Source of the DNA: Harriotta raleighana
Taxonomy: Eukaryota
DNA: 64,000 nt
Assembly (NCBI GenBank): GCA_050575255.1
Contig: JBNZDD010013728.1
Coordinates: 4,648,300 to 4,712,299 of the forward strand
Reading direction: 5' to 3'
This document shows, in pieces, positions 10,561-23,753 of this stretch. A program made the translations under genes and the position numbers. The notes beneath the pieces are model-generated. The model did no database searches. It was not told the origin of the DNA and was given only the letters and a program-made list of their open reading frames with translations. Each line of letters opens with the position of its first letter. Position 1 is the stretch's first letter.

Positions 10561-11844
10561 TAAGACTTCAAACTACTCTGTGCAATTTTTGGTGGATGCG
10601 ATGCCTCTTTAGCTCCGCCGAGCTGGGGAGAGCTCTGGTTTTCGCTATATTTAACAAAAGACAGGGGAACAGCACACTCAAACCTCTCATTTCGATGATT
10701 TTCTGCATTACTTTGGGGGCCCGTAATATGAGGGGCCAGTCAATGTGATGCACCGATGTTAAAAACGCCTCTGAGGTGGAGGTGGTTAGTGGTGGAGAAA
10801 AGGATTCTGGCATTGTCCTTCGTCTCCAATAATTAATTTGGAGATCCTAATAGGAATTGTCACCTTTCTTATGTAGGATTGAGATGTTCTAGCTGAGCAG
10901 CCGCTGTGTACTACACAGTTATAAGTTATCTTCAATGAATATTAGCAAGGCTGGAGGAAATCTGTGTTGTATCCTAACTTCTTGGAATTAGTTTAACATT
11001 CATGAGAATAACTGGAGTCCTTAAACAGCTTGTTGTGGTGTTAATGAACCTGTTAAGCAGGAACCAATTGAAAACATCACAAAATGAGCTGCTATAATAT
11101 ATACTAGCGTGCACTGCAAATTATACTTCGGAAATCAATGTGAACTCCAGCTGGCCACATAGTTTCGGGGGGCCCCAGGAGTTGTACAGATCTGCAGAAT
11201 TTCCAAGAAATCCATTTCAGTCCCTGTTGTGCCAAGTGCATGTCTTTTGGATTTGAGATTGAATTATAGTTATTAGGATTCCAATAAGTTTTTTTTAAAA
11301 ACAAACAGTTTTTCTATGGGTGTAACTTAAATTAGAGCCTATTATATGCCTATTTAATTATAATGAAACCGTTAAATCGTTGACTGATGTCCAAGTCCAA
11401 CCTTTTGATGTGGATCACCAGAGCTCTTTTGGCTGAACTTGTCTTTTGAAATACACGCAGATTCATCTTGCAATTTAACTGGTGTTCCTATGCTTACATG
11501 CTCTGCTTCTGGTAATTGGGTGAGACTCATTGCAAGAGTAGGATGGGCTACTCGTGCAGGTTGGTTGGATAGAGTTTCTCACTCAACTGTGTACTGTTTA
11601 GGATGTGGATCAGGCTGGGCCAGGAAGATAGTACCTTAATAATACTAAGTGCCTTTCACATCAGAAGGATATCTTAAAAGGACTTCACAGAAATTACTGC
11701 GAAGTGTGAGTAAATTTATAGATGAACAGAGCAATAAATTTCTCCAGAGCAATGTACAACAAACTGAAATGAGGTGACTGACCAATTTTATCTGGGGGAT
11801 TGTGGACCAGCACACTTGGAGAAACTGCCCTTTTTCAAATTATG

Positions 11845-12060
11845 CCATCATAATCCTTCCCCAAAAAACCACAATAATAAAATTAGTTATTTCAATCCAC
11901 AACCTTTTATGGGACATTGCTGTGCACAATTGGCTGCTGCGTTTCACCCCCACAAATACAGTCAATACATTTTACAGCTCAGTATATTCTGTGAAGCACT
12001 TTGAGACATCTAGAAGACATGAAAAGCGCGATATCAAATTCAAGGATTATTATTATATAT
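11845..12060 (+). mobile_element. tRNA SINE 3' part, nested in an older minus-strand DeuSINE-like relic (~11640-12230)
   Basis: SINE body and tail match; the flanks resemble the reverse complement of the older Deu-domain SINE. Confidence 0.75.
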
Positions 12061-12629
12061 CATTATTATTATATTGTATAAGAATCCTTTAACATCCACC
12101 TGTCAGGCAGATGGAACACCACATTCAAAGGAAGACACCTCCAACAATGCAATGCTCCTTCAGCACTGCATCAAAGTGTCAGCCTAAATTAAATGAGTCT
12201 TGAACCCGTAGTCTTATTGACTATGGGTTCAAGACTCGGGTCCCTTCTTTTGTTCCCTCTGCTCAGTTCATTGTACCAACCTGACATTGTCCCATTGTTA
12301 CCATCTTCCTCCAGGCATCAGCTAAGCCTAACTAACTTCTTTGCTCGCTTTGGTCATTTCTTCTTTTCACTGGCCTGAAACTATTCATTCACTCCCTTGG
12401 TCTATAATTCCTCACTATAATAATAATCCTTGCATTTCCGTCTTGTCTTCTTTCTCATGCCTTTTCTGGCCCTTACTATTGGCATCTGTTGCTCTCACTG
12501 TTTCATTCATTCATTCTTTGGACCTCCAGGACTTTCCTCCTTTAGGACCTTCTTGGTCCATTCCCTCTTGCTTAAATTTTGAATGCCCCTTCCTTCTTGA
12601 TGTTGTAGCTATCCAATTATTGAACAGGA

Positions 12630-13215
12630 GCAACATCAATTTTATATTTATTTAGCTCTTCTCACATTCGGAGGATGCCTCAAAGCATTTCACAGAAGTT
12701 GCAAGGAATCCCAACTGGGTTGGGAGAGGGTGGGAGTGGCAGAAGAGAGATGACAAATAACACAATAAACAGAAAAACCTTTAGAGATGGAGAGAGGGGG
12801 AAAGTTGGAGTGTCTCTGAGTTGGAGCTCCAGAGAGGAAGAGAATAATGTCTAAAAGCTTGCTCACCAATGGTGGTGCGGGTGGGATGAGGGAATATAAA
12901 GCAGGCCAGTGTTTGCTGAGTGGAGAGCTTTGGCAATAGAATTGAAGGAGGTTGCAGAGTTAGGGTGGGGTGAGGCTGGAGGAGGGGTTTAAAGCTGACG
13001 ATAATGATTTTGAATTTGATCCACTGGAGGATAGGGAGCCAGAGGAGCTCAGCGAGGATGGGACTGAAAGGCTGACAGAGCCTACTGTGGGAGAGGACTC
13101 TGGCTGCAGATTTCTGGGTGATCTGCAGTAGATGTGGTGAGATTCTAAGGAGTCTATCATTTTAAATCACATTTGAATAGAATAGCCTAAGAAGGTGTGA
13201 ACCAGCATCTTGAGG
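12630..13215 (-). mobile_element. Degraded L2 LINE 3' end
   Basis: Reverse tail (caacatcaattttatatttatttagc) followed by a G-rich 3' UTR and ORF2-end motifs. Confidence 0.65.
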
Positions 13216-14584
13216 GAAGGGTAGTGCTGGTGAAGAGGGAAAGCAAAGTGAGCAAGAGCTTGCTTATAGGGCTTAAAGGACAATTGATGGTCCTACTGAC
13301 ATTTTGTGGACACAGAGAAAGAGATGAGGTTTCGCAGTGTTTATCGGATCAGAACAAATTTCAGTTTGTATCGGTTGGGGGAGAGGGGGGGGCATTGGGG
13401 AGAAGGGGTTTATCTGGGTGTTTTAGCTCTGACCTCAACCATCCTTCCTGGTAATTCATTCTGGTTTTCAATTTTCCTCTGAGTAAATAAATACTTCCAA
13501 GTGTCTGTCCTGAAATTGCCCTTTGCAATTGAACCTGTATCCACTTGTTCTGCTGCCTTAGCATTTCTGAAAGTGATTTTCATCACCAGCGTGTACAGAC
13601 CCGTCCAAATGGATCATCTCACAAAGGTATACATTTTGATTTGTTTAAACTTTAATCAAACTTCAGAATCTCATGAAACCAGCAGAAAACAAGAGACTCG
13701 CTTTCAATTCTTGGTCAACACACTGCACAGAAGTAGAAGCTATCTATGAATGTTCTGATGATTTGGCCCTTCAAAGTACACCAACAAAGAAAACTATTTA
13801 TTCCCATTCCTGTAATCAATCAAAAAATCAATCAAAATTACATTTATATAGTACCTTTCATGTTGGGAGGTTGTCCCAAGGCGCTGATGCAAGCTTTCTG
13901 GCTTTCCTACTGGTATTTTTCCTCAGGCTAGCTGAACCTGGCCTTGTTGTCCTACCAGTCTTTGGCCTGTGGATTAATGACTCAGTCAGTGGATTAATGA
14001 CTCAGTCAGTGCATTACCATCACATTACTCTTTCAGCAGTATTTTGTGTTCAAACCATGCAAAGACAAATTTTACCGTGCTTTTCCAGTAAAACTTGGTA
14101 TGCTTACACTAACAAATTATAACTTACACATTCATTCAATATGTTTCTTTATAAATTTGATGTTACTGTCGGTCGATCTGCTCCTTTTGAGTCATGTGGC
14201 ATGTAACAAAAACAACAAAATTACACTTGTATAGCGCCTTTCATGTCGGGAGGATGTTCCAAAGCGCTGAACAGTCAGGTCAGGACCCGAGCATGGGGGG
14301 GATAGGGGGTAGGGGGAAGGAGATTGGGAAGAGTTAGGGTGGGGGGGGGAACCGAAGGCGCAGTCGAAGAGGAAGGTGTTGAGGAGGAAAGAGAGGAAGC
14401 AAGGCGGAGGGACCATCTACAGTGTATTGGTTTTTTCTTTTTTTGTGGCAAATTTCATGTGCATTTTTAAAATGAAGAGATGTTTTTGTCAGATTAGGCT
14501 CAGATTTTTGTCAGATTGTGCTAAAAGATTGACAAACATCTTCTGAACACAGTGATTATTTCTAAAATTACATTTGAATGTCTT

Positions 14585-14865
14585 AGTAGTTAAATCAATC
14601 TCGTGTGAAGCAGACCTGAAAGGACCTAGAATTGATCACTGCACTGGTCTGTTCTTATTTCAGTCGGGGAAGTTGGGGCTCTATAATTGACCTTATCCAC
14701 GGTGCCTTGAGCTGGTAATTAACTAGAATTCATACTTATGTACTGTATGTTCTATGTGAATGTCAAGTTGAGACTAAGATTGAGTCCAGCTATGATGCTG
14801 CCATCGCTAAGTAGCTTGCAGACTCATGACTTTCTGTGCTCAGAAATAAGTAGCCACTTCAGCAT
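14585..14865 (+). mobile_element. Degraded LF-SINE-like element just upstream of a DEPTOR exon
   Basis: Motifs ggggctctataattgacct, gagactaagattgagtccagctatgatgc and tagccactt resemble the recalled LF-SINE consensus. Confidence 0.45.
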
Positions 14866-14925
14866 CAATAGATAATGCAATTTGCTTGTAGTGTGCTGCA
14901 GTGTCATTTGTTTCTTTAACTACAG

Positions 14926-14996
14926 TACTGAAGAAGGCCTTGACTACTGAAGAACTCCTAACTCCAGGGGCACCATATATGAAGAGGGCATTAACT
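14926..14996 (+). CDS. DEPTOR: DEPTOR internal coding exon (human exon 7 equivalent)
   Basis: Acceptor ttctttaactacag|TA and donor ACT|gtaagt; 71 nt, phase 1-0. Translates (V)LKKALTTEELLTPGAPYMKRALT versus human VLKRPVTSEELLTPGAPYARKTFT. Not in the ORF track. Confidence 0.95.
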
Positions 14997-15081
14997 GTAA
15001 GTACTGTACAATGAATGCTCCATTCTGCTGCTGCACGTCTTCAAATCTTGAGATGCAATCCAATGAAGTCTTTGCATTATG

Positions 15082-15365
15082 TGGAGTTCTGTAGCTCAGT
15101 GGTTAAAGCATCTGCCTCGCAAGTGAGAGACCTGGGTTCAATTCCTGATAGGGTGAAATGTTGGGCAAGATTCCTTTCTCCACACGCCTCTGTTTACCCA
15201 ACAGTAAGTAGGAACCTGGTTGTTAGCAGATCGGCAAATCGCTTTTCCTGGGATAATAATTCCTTTAAAAAAAAAAACATTTGTATAGTGCCTTTCATGA
15301 TAATAAATTGATCACTTTAATCCATGACTGTTTGTGGGACACTACTGTGCACAATTGGATTATTA
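15082..15365 (+). mobile_element. tRNA SINE variant, 3'-truncated, in the DEPTOR intron between the 14926 and 15703 exons
   Basis: A box tagctcagtgg, B box ggttcaattcc and partial body. Confidence 0.8.
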
Positions 15366-15702
15366 TTATTTCTTCTAGCAACTGAGCAGCAGCAGCAAAT
15401 ATTTGAAATTACAATACATACCAAAACACAGAATATTTTTGGTCACTTTTCCCAAGATATGAAGATATTCGGTAGCTGTGTTAAAGATGTTTTACATTCT
15501 GCTTCTGAACATCCTTCATCATATATTTTGTAAAGTTTATTGATGCAATACTTGGTTTTAGGAATCAGAAAATCTAATGCATGTAAAGAGAGAGAAATTA
15601 TTTATGCATAACATCTCTATACATATAGCTGCAACATTGGAAGAGATTAAAGGCAAACATGTTCAAATATGTTTAATAATTGTCTGTGGGTTTCCTTTTC
15701 AG

Positions 15703-15807
15703 ATTGTTGGAGATGCAGTTGGTTGGGGGTTTGTTGTTCGTGGAGGTAAGCCTTGCCACATCCAGGCAGTGGATCCCAGTGGTCCTGCTGCTGCTTCAGG
15801 AATGAAG
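15703..15807 (+). CDS. DEPTOR: DEPTOR coding exon, N-terminal half of the PDZ domain (human exon 8 equivalent)
   Basis: Acceptor tttccttttcag|ATT and donor AAG|gtaata; 105 nt, phase 0-0. Translates IVGDAVGWGFVVRGGKPCHIQAVDPSGPAAASGMK. Confidence 0.97.
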
Positions 15808-16011
15808 GTAATAGCCTCAGTTAGCCAGACAGTAAGCTGATAAAAGCACAAAGTACTATCTAAGCGATGTGAAACAATTCTACAGGCATTTAGACAGGCT
15901 TGTGGTTTTTGTGTTAGATTGCAGTATTTTATACAAATCAGCAAGGTTCTCCCAAGTATTGTCAATTGAATTCAATTATAGAAGAGGTATGTTTGAGGGG
16001 GAGAAAAGTGC

Positions 16012-16188
16012 AAATTGGTCATTTCAATCCATGACTGTTTGTGGGACACTGCTGTGCGCAATTGGCTGCCGCGTTTCGCCCACAAATATACAGTCAATTC
16101 ACTTTACAGTATACTCTGTGAAGCGCTTTGGGACGTTGATAAGATGTGAAAAGCGCTATATCAAATGCAAGGATTATTATTATTATTA
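16012..16188 (+). mobile_element. tRNA SINE 3' half (young, near consensus)
   Basis: Nearly identical to the reverse complement of 46373-46555. Confidence 0.9.
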
Positions 16189-19100
16189 TCTTAGCTCTTG
16201 TGTATTGGAAGGAGCAATTTTATCAGGCTGCTACTGCAGATGTGCTGATTAAGACAAGCAAGCCATGTATAAATGTTTGGCTTAATGTTCGCAGTGTATT
16301 TTTTATTTTGTTGTGTGTTTAGTTTGACAAGTAGTGTAATGTTGTTGAAATTTCATCATGTTATATTATTGATACAAGTAACTGGATTGAGCAAGGTGAA
16401 AAGAGTGATCCCTTTCTATTTTATAATATTAAATTTTGCATTTGATATAGCACCATATCTTGTCTTTGAGATATCTCAAAGCACTTCACAGAACATCCTG
16501 TAAAGTGAATTGACTTTTATGTGGTCAAAGCGCAGCAGCCAATTGAGCACAGCATGCTTCATAAACAGATTGAGTGATCAAATTATTATTATTATTATGT
16601 TTTGAAGGGATTATATTACCCCGGAAAAGTGATCCGCCGAACGACTAACAATCGGGTTCCTTCTGTGAGGATTTTCTCCAAGTGTTGTACATTTTTGTTG
16701 TATTCAGTTACCAGAATGTTAACAACATATAAATTCCCCTCAGTTTAATATTATAAAACTTACTGTAACTGCCTATCTTGTGGTTTCTTAGTTGGAAATC
16801 CTATTGCCAACTAAACTCTTATCACCCTTTTCCAGGAAATAATGGTTAATACTGTTTATATCACAGGAGAGCCCACTATGTGCACTAATGGGGCAATTCT
16901 CAGTTTTAGATATACAGTATAAACAACAGTGTGGGTAATGTAGCATCATTAAAAAAATGCAATGTACAGCACTAATCAATACTCCAAGTGACCACAGNCA
17001 GTTTTAGATATACAGTATAAACAACAGTGTGGGTAATGTAGCATCATTTAAAAAATGCAATGTACAGCACTAATCAATACTCCAAGTGACCACAGTACCA
17101 CACTATATGCCAGTTCACCTCTTTATGGGTTGTTGCCTGTTTCTTTGTATCTCCATACTTTTTTTTTCTGTGTTTGTGTCTCTTTCTCGCCCTTTGATTC
17201 TGTTTTTTTTGTGTTTGTGTGTGTCTGCTTTTCTATATGTCTTTTTGCAGAACTTTGGACTACCAGAATCTCCAATACTTTATTCACCTATTTTCTCCCT
17301 TTCCATCTCTCCCTCCACTTTCCCTCCGTATCAGCATTGTTTGGAAAAGACAGTGATAATATGTTAAACATAGATTTTCCCCCCAAAATGTCCAATCGTT
17401 ATTCACTAAACATTAACATATTGAAACATATTTCCCATGTATACTAAAATGGCAGATTTGCTGCATTTTTCCTGGTTTATGTTACAGAATAGCTGAGGTC
17501 CAGTTCGAATGGATGCTTCCTGCAGTATTCAATCTAATTTTTAATCCCGTCTTCCAGAGCAACAGAACCTGTGCAATAGGATCCCTTTTTCTCCTACAGA
17601 TGCAGTGGCTGCCTTGTGAGGGGCTGACTCAGCCTCATCCTAAACTCTTAACAGTCAGTGTGACTTGAGCAGAAATCAGGAAAAAGAGTTTGTAGCTCTC
17701 TATTTAAAAACTGCGTTGAGTGCACAAGTCTTCACATGTGTTTTTTGCATTCATTTAACATCATTGCTTAGGAATTTACCACGTAGTATAAAAGGAAGCC
17801 AGTGCTCCAGCATAGAGAGAGGGAGAGCATGATAATAACACAGCCATTGTGTTGCCATCTATGAGGCCAGGGCCAGAGAATTGTTTATTCATGGTACCTA
17901 AGCAAACAGTACAATTCAACTGAATGAATTGCAAACTTAAATAAGTGAGGCAACAGTGCTAAGCTTTCTGATGTTTGTCCAGCTAAAGCCTCCTAGCAAT
18001 GAGTTCTTTAACTTGCAAGGTTAACCATAGCCAAATGAGAACAATCACAGTCCCTAGTGACTGGTGTGCTTCACCACATTTTGCTGACAATTCAGCAAAA
18101 TTGGGGCTAATACAGCATTAACAATGCATTGAGTACCGTGAACCTTCCTGGCTCAGGAACCAGACTGCCATAAAAATGTTGACTTTATTCCTTTATTGCC
18201 TGTTATGAAGGTCACTTTGGAGACAATTCAACCCTAACTCCATGCTTACATGTTTCCGGTCCATTCTACCACCTCCATCTCATTGGCCAAAATCCTTCCT
18301 CCCTGTAGCCAATTCCAATTTCGGGCCACAAATCTACCTCACAGATTGTTTGTGGACCTAGCATATGGAAGGCAACAGCATGGATGAGATCCTTTCCATT
18401 ATTTAATAGTTCTCTGAATTTCTTCAGTTGTTTTTATACTATATTCTATCATTGTCTTAACAGAAAAGTTGCTTTTGGGGGAAAAAACATCAACACAACT
18501 TAAAAGTACTGGTGATACCAGATACTATTCTGTGGTGAGCGTTGAGTGGTATTATTGCAGTTAATTTACAAGTGTTTTCTTCTATTGTGTTTGCATGAGC
18601 TACTGCAGCTTTGTTAGGCTCAAATACCACCAATTATTTTGAATGGTTGGAATGGTTCCGAAGTATCTTATTTAGATGTGTAGAACTTTTAGCCTGCTAA
18701 CATTTATTACAGAGATTAAGGAAATATCAGCACACTGCAGTTGGCTATTGGGAAATACTGTTCTCTAACTGTACAAGAAGTGCTTTTTTGCAGTTTATGG
18801 GGTGAAATGCTTTGGGATGATTTGCTGATGTGAAAGGTGCTGTGCCAAATGTAAAGATAATTATTAAAAATCTAGTTAATCATCACTAAAATAGTGGCAG
18901 TTTTAGAGGTACCAAATAATAATAATAATCATCCTTGAATTTGATAAAACACTTTATCATGTTATTGACAAGTCTCAAAAACTCTTCACTGAATATATTG
19001 TAAAGTGTATTGGCTGTGTATTTTTGTAGGTGAAACACAGCAGCCAATTGCATACAGCAGTGTCCTGCAAACAGTCATGGAGAATTATTATTTTTTGGAG

Positions 19101-19418
19101 GGATCCACAAGTTTAGTTGTGGAGGAACACTTGCATGATGCAGTAAATTGAGATCCCATTTATCTTTGTTCAAATAGAAATTAAAAATCCCTTTGGGGAA
19201 TAAAGAGCTTCTTCTGGTGTTCTAACCAGAAATCCTCCAGAATAATTATCTTAATTATCTTTTATCTATAATTATCTTTTATCTATAATTATCTTCACCT
19301 TAGGTTTTTTTTGGCAAATGGTCACTCGACATGTTAGCAATTAGCTGTAAAGCACATTAAGAAGTTTTGCCACGATGAGATGTTGTAAAAATACAAATGA
19401 TTTCTCTTTCAATCCTAG

Positions 19419-19547
19419 GTTCGCCAGTTTATCGTCTCTGTGAATGGCCTGAATGTTCTTAACGTGGACTATAGAACTGTGAGCAATCTCATTCTGACTG
19501 GTCCACGTACCATAGTGATGGAGGTTATGGAGGAAATGAGCTTCTGA
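19419..19547 (+). CDS. DEPTOR: DEPTOR last coding exon, C-terminal half of the PDZ domain and stop codon
   Basis: Acceptor ctctttcaatcctag|GTT. Translates VRQFIVSVNGLNVLNVDYRTVSNLILTGPRTIVMEVMEEMSF*, with TGA ending at 19547; the human counterpart is VCQFVVSVNGLNVLHVDYRTVSNLILTGPRTIVMEVMEELEC. Confidence 0.97.
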   Translation, partial: VRQFIVSVNGLNVLNVDYRTVSNLILTGPRTIVMEVMEEMSF

Positions 19548-20562
19548 GCTAGATTGGACATCAGGAAACGTGCAAAGACCTGAGCAGAGGCATCGAATGA
19601 GCACGATGGAAATGTGCACAAGCTTACAGTCACCAAAATAAGGGAAACTCAGACACAGTTCTTAGCTTCAGGAATGGAGCTTCACCCAGTTTCACACTAA
19701 CCTTTGATTTGGTTATAAATGTCTGATTGTCTCACTTTAATATTTTCAACACCAGATCAAGGATCTGCATTATCTGGGCTGCCAGGCAGTGTTTTAATAA
19801 CACATAAGGGATTTCAATTATTTAAGGCCACTCCACTGTCCCTTCAGAACATTTTTGCCTTTTCTCCTTTCCCCAATCCTGCTCTAATCTGCCCATCAAG
19901 GAATATGAAGTATAAATTGGACAAGTTCAATTTTAAATACAAATGTTTCCTGATCTTATAGTTGGTGGATTAGTGATTGCACTTTACCAACCCCAAAAAG
20001 CAATTATTCTATTTCTTCAGAAAAACTCAATAATTTTGAATAAAATGTGCTTGTAGGGAGACTGACTATTTAAGAAGGGGAATATCAGAAACAAAACTGA
20101 TTTATTGAGAGGCTCTTTGGAAAAGGATTATGTTCCCCCAAATTACAGGGAATTTCCAGTACAAAACAAGCATTACATATTACAAACATGAAGAAATCTG
20201 GGCACTTTTTTCACGGAAGGCAAACTGAATCAGCACTGCACTGAAAGATAACCCCGGGAACAAATCTGCAGTGCCTCCAACACCTGCAGCTTTGCTGCAT
20301 CAATCATCATGGTAAATGTGATCACCCTCTTAACATCTTGAGAAATAGTTGGGGTGAGGCTGTCAACACATTTGTATTCCATAAGCGTTTTGTGTCTTAA
20401 AACATTTCAGGTACTGTACCTTTCTCCAGAAATGATAGAAAATGTTAACGCACATTGTTGAATGTAGATCATGAAAATCCTCTGACATGTTAGAGGCCAA
20501 AGTTTGTCTGTTTTGTTCCACTCAGATTGAAGGGATTTGAGTGAATCCAAAATAAAATGGAT

Positions 20563-21051
20563 TAAGAATATATGAACATAAGAATTAGGAGCAGGAGTAG
20601 GCCATTCGGCCCTTCGAGCCTGCCCCGCCATTCAATAAGATCATGGCTGATCTTCTGCCCTAACTCTAATTACCTGCCCTATCCCCATATCCCCTAATCC
20701 CTCTATTTTTCAAAAATCTATCAGTTTCAGCCTTGAAAATGTTCAAAGACTGAGCATCCACAGCCTTCTGGGGTAGTGAATTCCATAAATTCACTACCCT
20801 CTGAGTGAAAAAATGTTTCCTCAACTCTGTTCTAAAAGGCTGACCCTTCATTTTAAGACTGTGACCCCTGGATATAGATTCTTCTACCAGGGGAAACAGT
20901 CCTTCAGTGTCTACTTTATCCAGCCCTTTACAAATCTTATATATTTCAATAAGATCCCTCTAATTCTTCTGTACTCTAGAGAATACAGCCCTAGTTTATT
21001 CAACCTATCCTCATATGTCAGTCCCCTCATCCCAGGAACTAACCTAGTGAA
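20563..21051 (-). mobile_element. CR1 LINE 3' end (young), antisense, downstream of the DEPTOR stop codon
   Basis: Minus-strand ORF ..FRTELRKHFFTQRVVNLWNSLPQKAVDAQSLNIFKAETDRFL matches the CR1 ORF2 C-terminus; 3' UTR ggctcgaagggccgaatggcctactcctgctcctaattcttatgttc. Confidence 0.93.
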
Positions 21052-22714
21052 TTTAATTTTTTTTAAATTGACCAAACATAGCTTTATTTTCCATCAAATC
21101 ATGTCAAAAGATTGTTTATCTTAAATAAATGGAGGAGGAAGAAAACCCTGCCTTGGCTTTTACCTCTGAAGTTTTTTTTATACACGGAACATTGAGACTG
21201 GAAGGGAGATTCACCATGCAGTGGGTTGTACAGGGTTTGGTATAGCAAGGTGCAGTGACTATAAACCCAAGATGACCTGAAATCGCAACTGTAGCTCCTT
21301 GTAGCCCACAATTTCTAGTGAGTCTATTGTCAAACGAACTGACCTGCATGGAGATGAGGTATCATTCCTCTTTTGGATCCGTGTCAAATTTCAAGACTTA
21401 TTTCTAGGATAGAATTGCTGTTTTGAGTACCATAAACTTCTGATTATTCTTTATGTATTTTACATATGGGTGACCGGCCACCCTAAGACAACTCGCCATT
21501 GAGCCCTTTCCCCTTCGAATGATGAGTTATCAGGAGTTTACTATATATTGAAAAGGACTAATTCAGGTAGCCAAGCTGTTCAATTGTATCAAAGTTTTTG
21601 TGGCTTGTTTTGAATTGTTTTTATTTGAAGAGGAACCATTCTTTCTGTGCTAGAATTCATCATTATGGAGCGGGGAAAAAAAAACACTTTACAGATAACC
21701 ATGGCTCACATTGTAGCTACTGGTACAGACTTGTTTCAAACTCTTTCAAATATATTTAAGTTCCTGGAAATAATGTTTCATATAGAAACAAGAGGCAATG
21801 AGGAATGTTCCTCCTTGGTACGTCGATTTAAAAATTGTATTGACAACTTTTTAGTAGAAACTTTTATGATACTGACAAGCTTATTTCATATACGTACTAG
21901 ATGATGATTTGTAGTTAGTTATATGATGGGATGGGAAGTGACTCTCTGATGGCCATTATAGAGGAGTCATCACAACAACATAACAACAAAATTACATTTA
22001 TAGAGCACCTTTCACATCAGAAGGAGAGCAAGAAGGTGATTGGTTGAAGTTCCTATTGCTAGTAAATTTATCAAACCAGTGCAGTGATTTTGCAGTGGTT
22101 GGGTATCTTTAGTGAAGGCAATTGAGAATTTGACATGGTTAATAGATAATCTTATTCTTTACTTAGCCTTACATCTCATCCCCCTGCCCTGTCGCATCCT
22201 CTCCATATTCTAGCTACATTAGTAAATAAACCTTCCACACAAAAAGCCAGGGGCATCAATTCCTTGTCATAATAAAGCAAACTCTTATTTGTAGAACAAT
22301 GGTGAACCAGGATAGTATCTCCACAGTGTGGGTTAACCAAGCATTTTATTGAGTGTGAAATGTAACACTTGCCAACGTAAGGGACTTCAATTTACCCAAT
22401 GCATTCGGGATATGTAACACACACACACTACCATCTTGTCTTGTGGAATTGCCGGTTTTCCTGAACCATCCCATGTGAACTTGTTTTGTGAGAAATATTG
22501 TTCCCCTATGCATTGGAACTTGGTCAGTCATTCCAACAGGATATGGTTCCTTTGTTTGTCTGCAAAATTACAAGGGCTATTATTATCGCATCCAACAGAG
22601 GAGTGAACCCCGCCCCACTCCCCTGGTGTTCTGTCAGCTTGTCTTTCCAACGTTAATAGCTAGATGAGTGCAAATATTCTGCAGTTAAACATCAACAAGA
22701 TGGAAGCCATACTC

Positions 22715-23162
22715 TTTGGCTCCTGTGGACAACTTCTGCCCCATGGTTCCGACCTCCACAACCTACCCAAAATGTCCTTTAAAACTCTCTGAACCCTTGT
22801 ATTTAAATCCCTTCACTCTTCTTCAACCCCTTGCCACTCAAATCTCCTTTTTCCTCATAGTGGTACCTGCTGCCTCCACTCTACTGGTCCAGTCTCCCCC
22901 TTTTACCCTGAATCCTCCACTCCACCATTGGTGGCCCTGTTTCCAGCCACTACACCACAAAACTTTGGAACTCCTTCCCTCAATACCTTCGCCTTACCAT
23001 CTCCTTCCCCATCTTCAGGCTTATTCCTGAAGACCTTCCTCTTTGACTCCACTTTGAGTTACCATCCCCTCCCCCTGGGTGAGCCTCAGACTCTGCCAGT
23101 ATTAAGGGCTCAGAGACACTCCCCAGTGTGGAGAGCACTATATTAATGCAAGTTGTTGTTGT
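22715..23162 (+). mobile_element. L2 LINE 3' end
   Basis: C-rich 3' region and tail gagacactccccagtgtggagagcactatattaatgcaagttgttgttg. Confidence 0.7.
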
Positions 23163-23440
23163 AAAGAGCATTAGCTGTGCTGAGCTGAGGGATAAGGGTG
23201 ATTTCTCAAAAGAAAACTAAATGATTCAGATATGCAAACTAAGTATTTATAAAATTTGGCATCCAAACAGAAATATTGATTTATGGCCAATACTGTACTA
23301 GGATAAGAATGATCACAGTTAGGTATGAAAATCAATTGCAAAGGACATATGAAAGAAGCTACAACGGTATTTACTTTTGCAAACTGAATCATGTGGTTAA
23401 TGGTGAAATGCTCTTTCAAGAAGAAATGGAGAAGAAATGT

Positions 23441-23753
23441 GGAGTCCTGTGGATCAGTGGTTAGAGCGAATCACCTTACAAGTGAGAGACCTGGGTTCAA
23501 TTCCAGGCAGGGCGAAACCTTGGGCAAGTTTCATTACTCCACATGCCTAATAATAATCCCTTGAAAAAAAACAATAATAAAAATTGGTCATTTCAATCCA
23601 CGACTATTTGTGGGACACTGCTATACGCAATTGGGTGCCACCTATCGCCCACATATGTACATTCAATTCATTTTGCAGTATATTCTGTGACGCATTTTGA
23701 GACATCTAGAAGACATGAATGCACTATATCAAATTGCAAGGATTATTTTTATT
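23441..23753 (+). mobile_element. tRNA SINE, full length
   Basis: Head, body and tail as in the 6471 copy. Confidence 0.88.

Noticed and set aside
16899-17095. Apparent ~100-bp tandem duplication; similar cases at 34204-34598, 46187-46368, 52070-52341, 54507-54714 and 59339-59601
   Set aside because: Each pair is separated by a single N and is near-identical: the signature of unmerged contig overlaps or haplotypes, not biological repeats.
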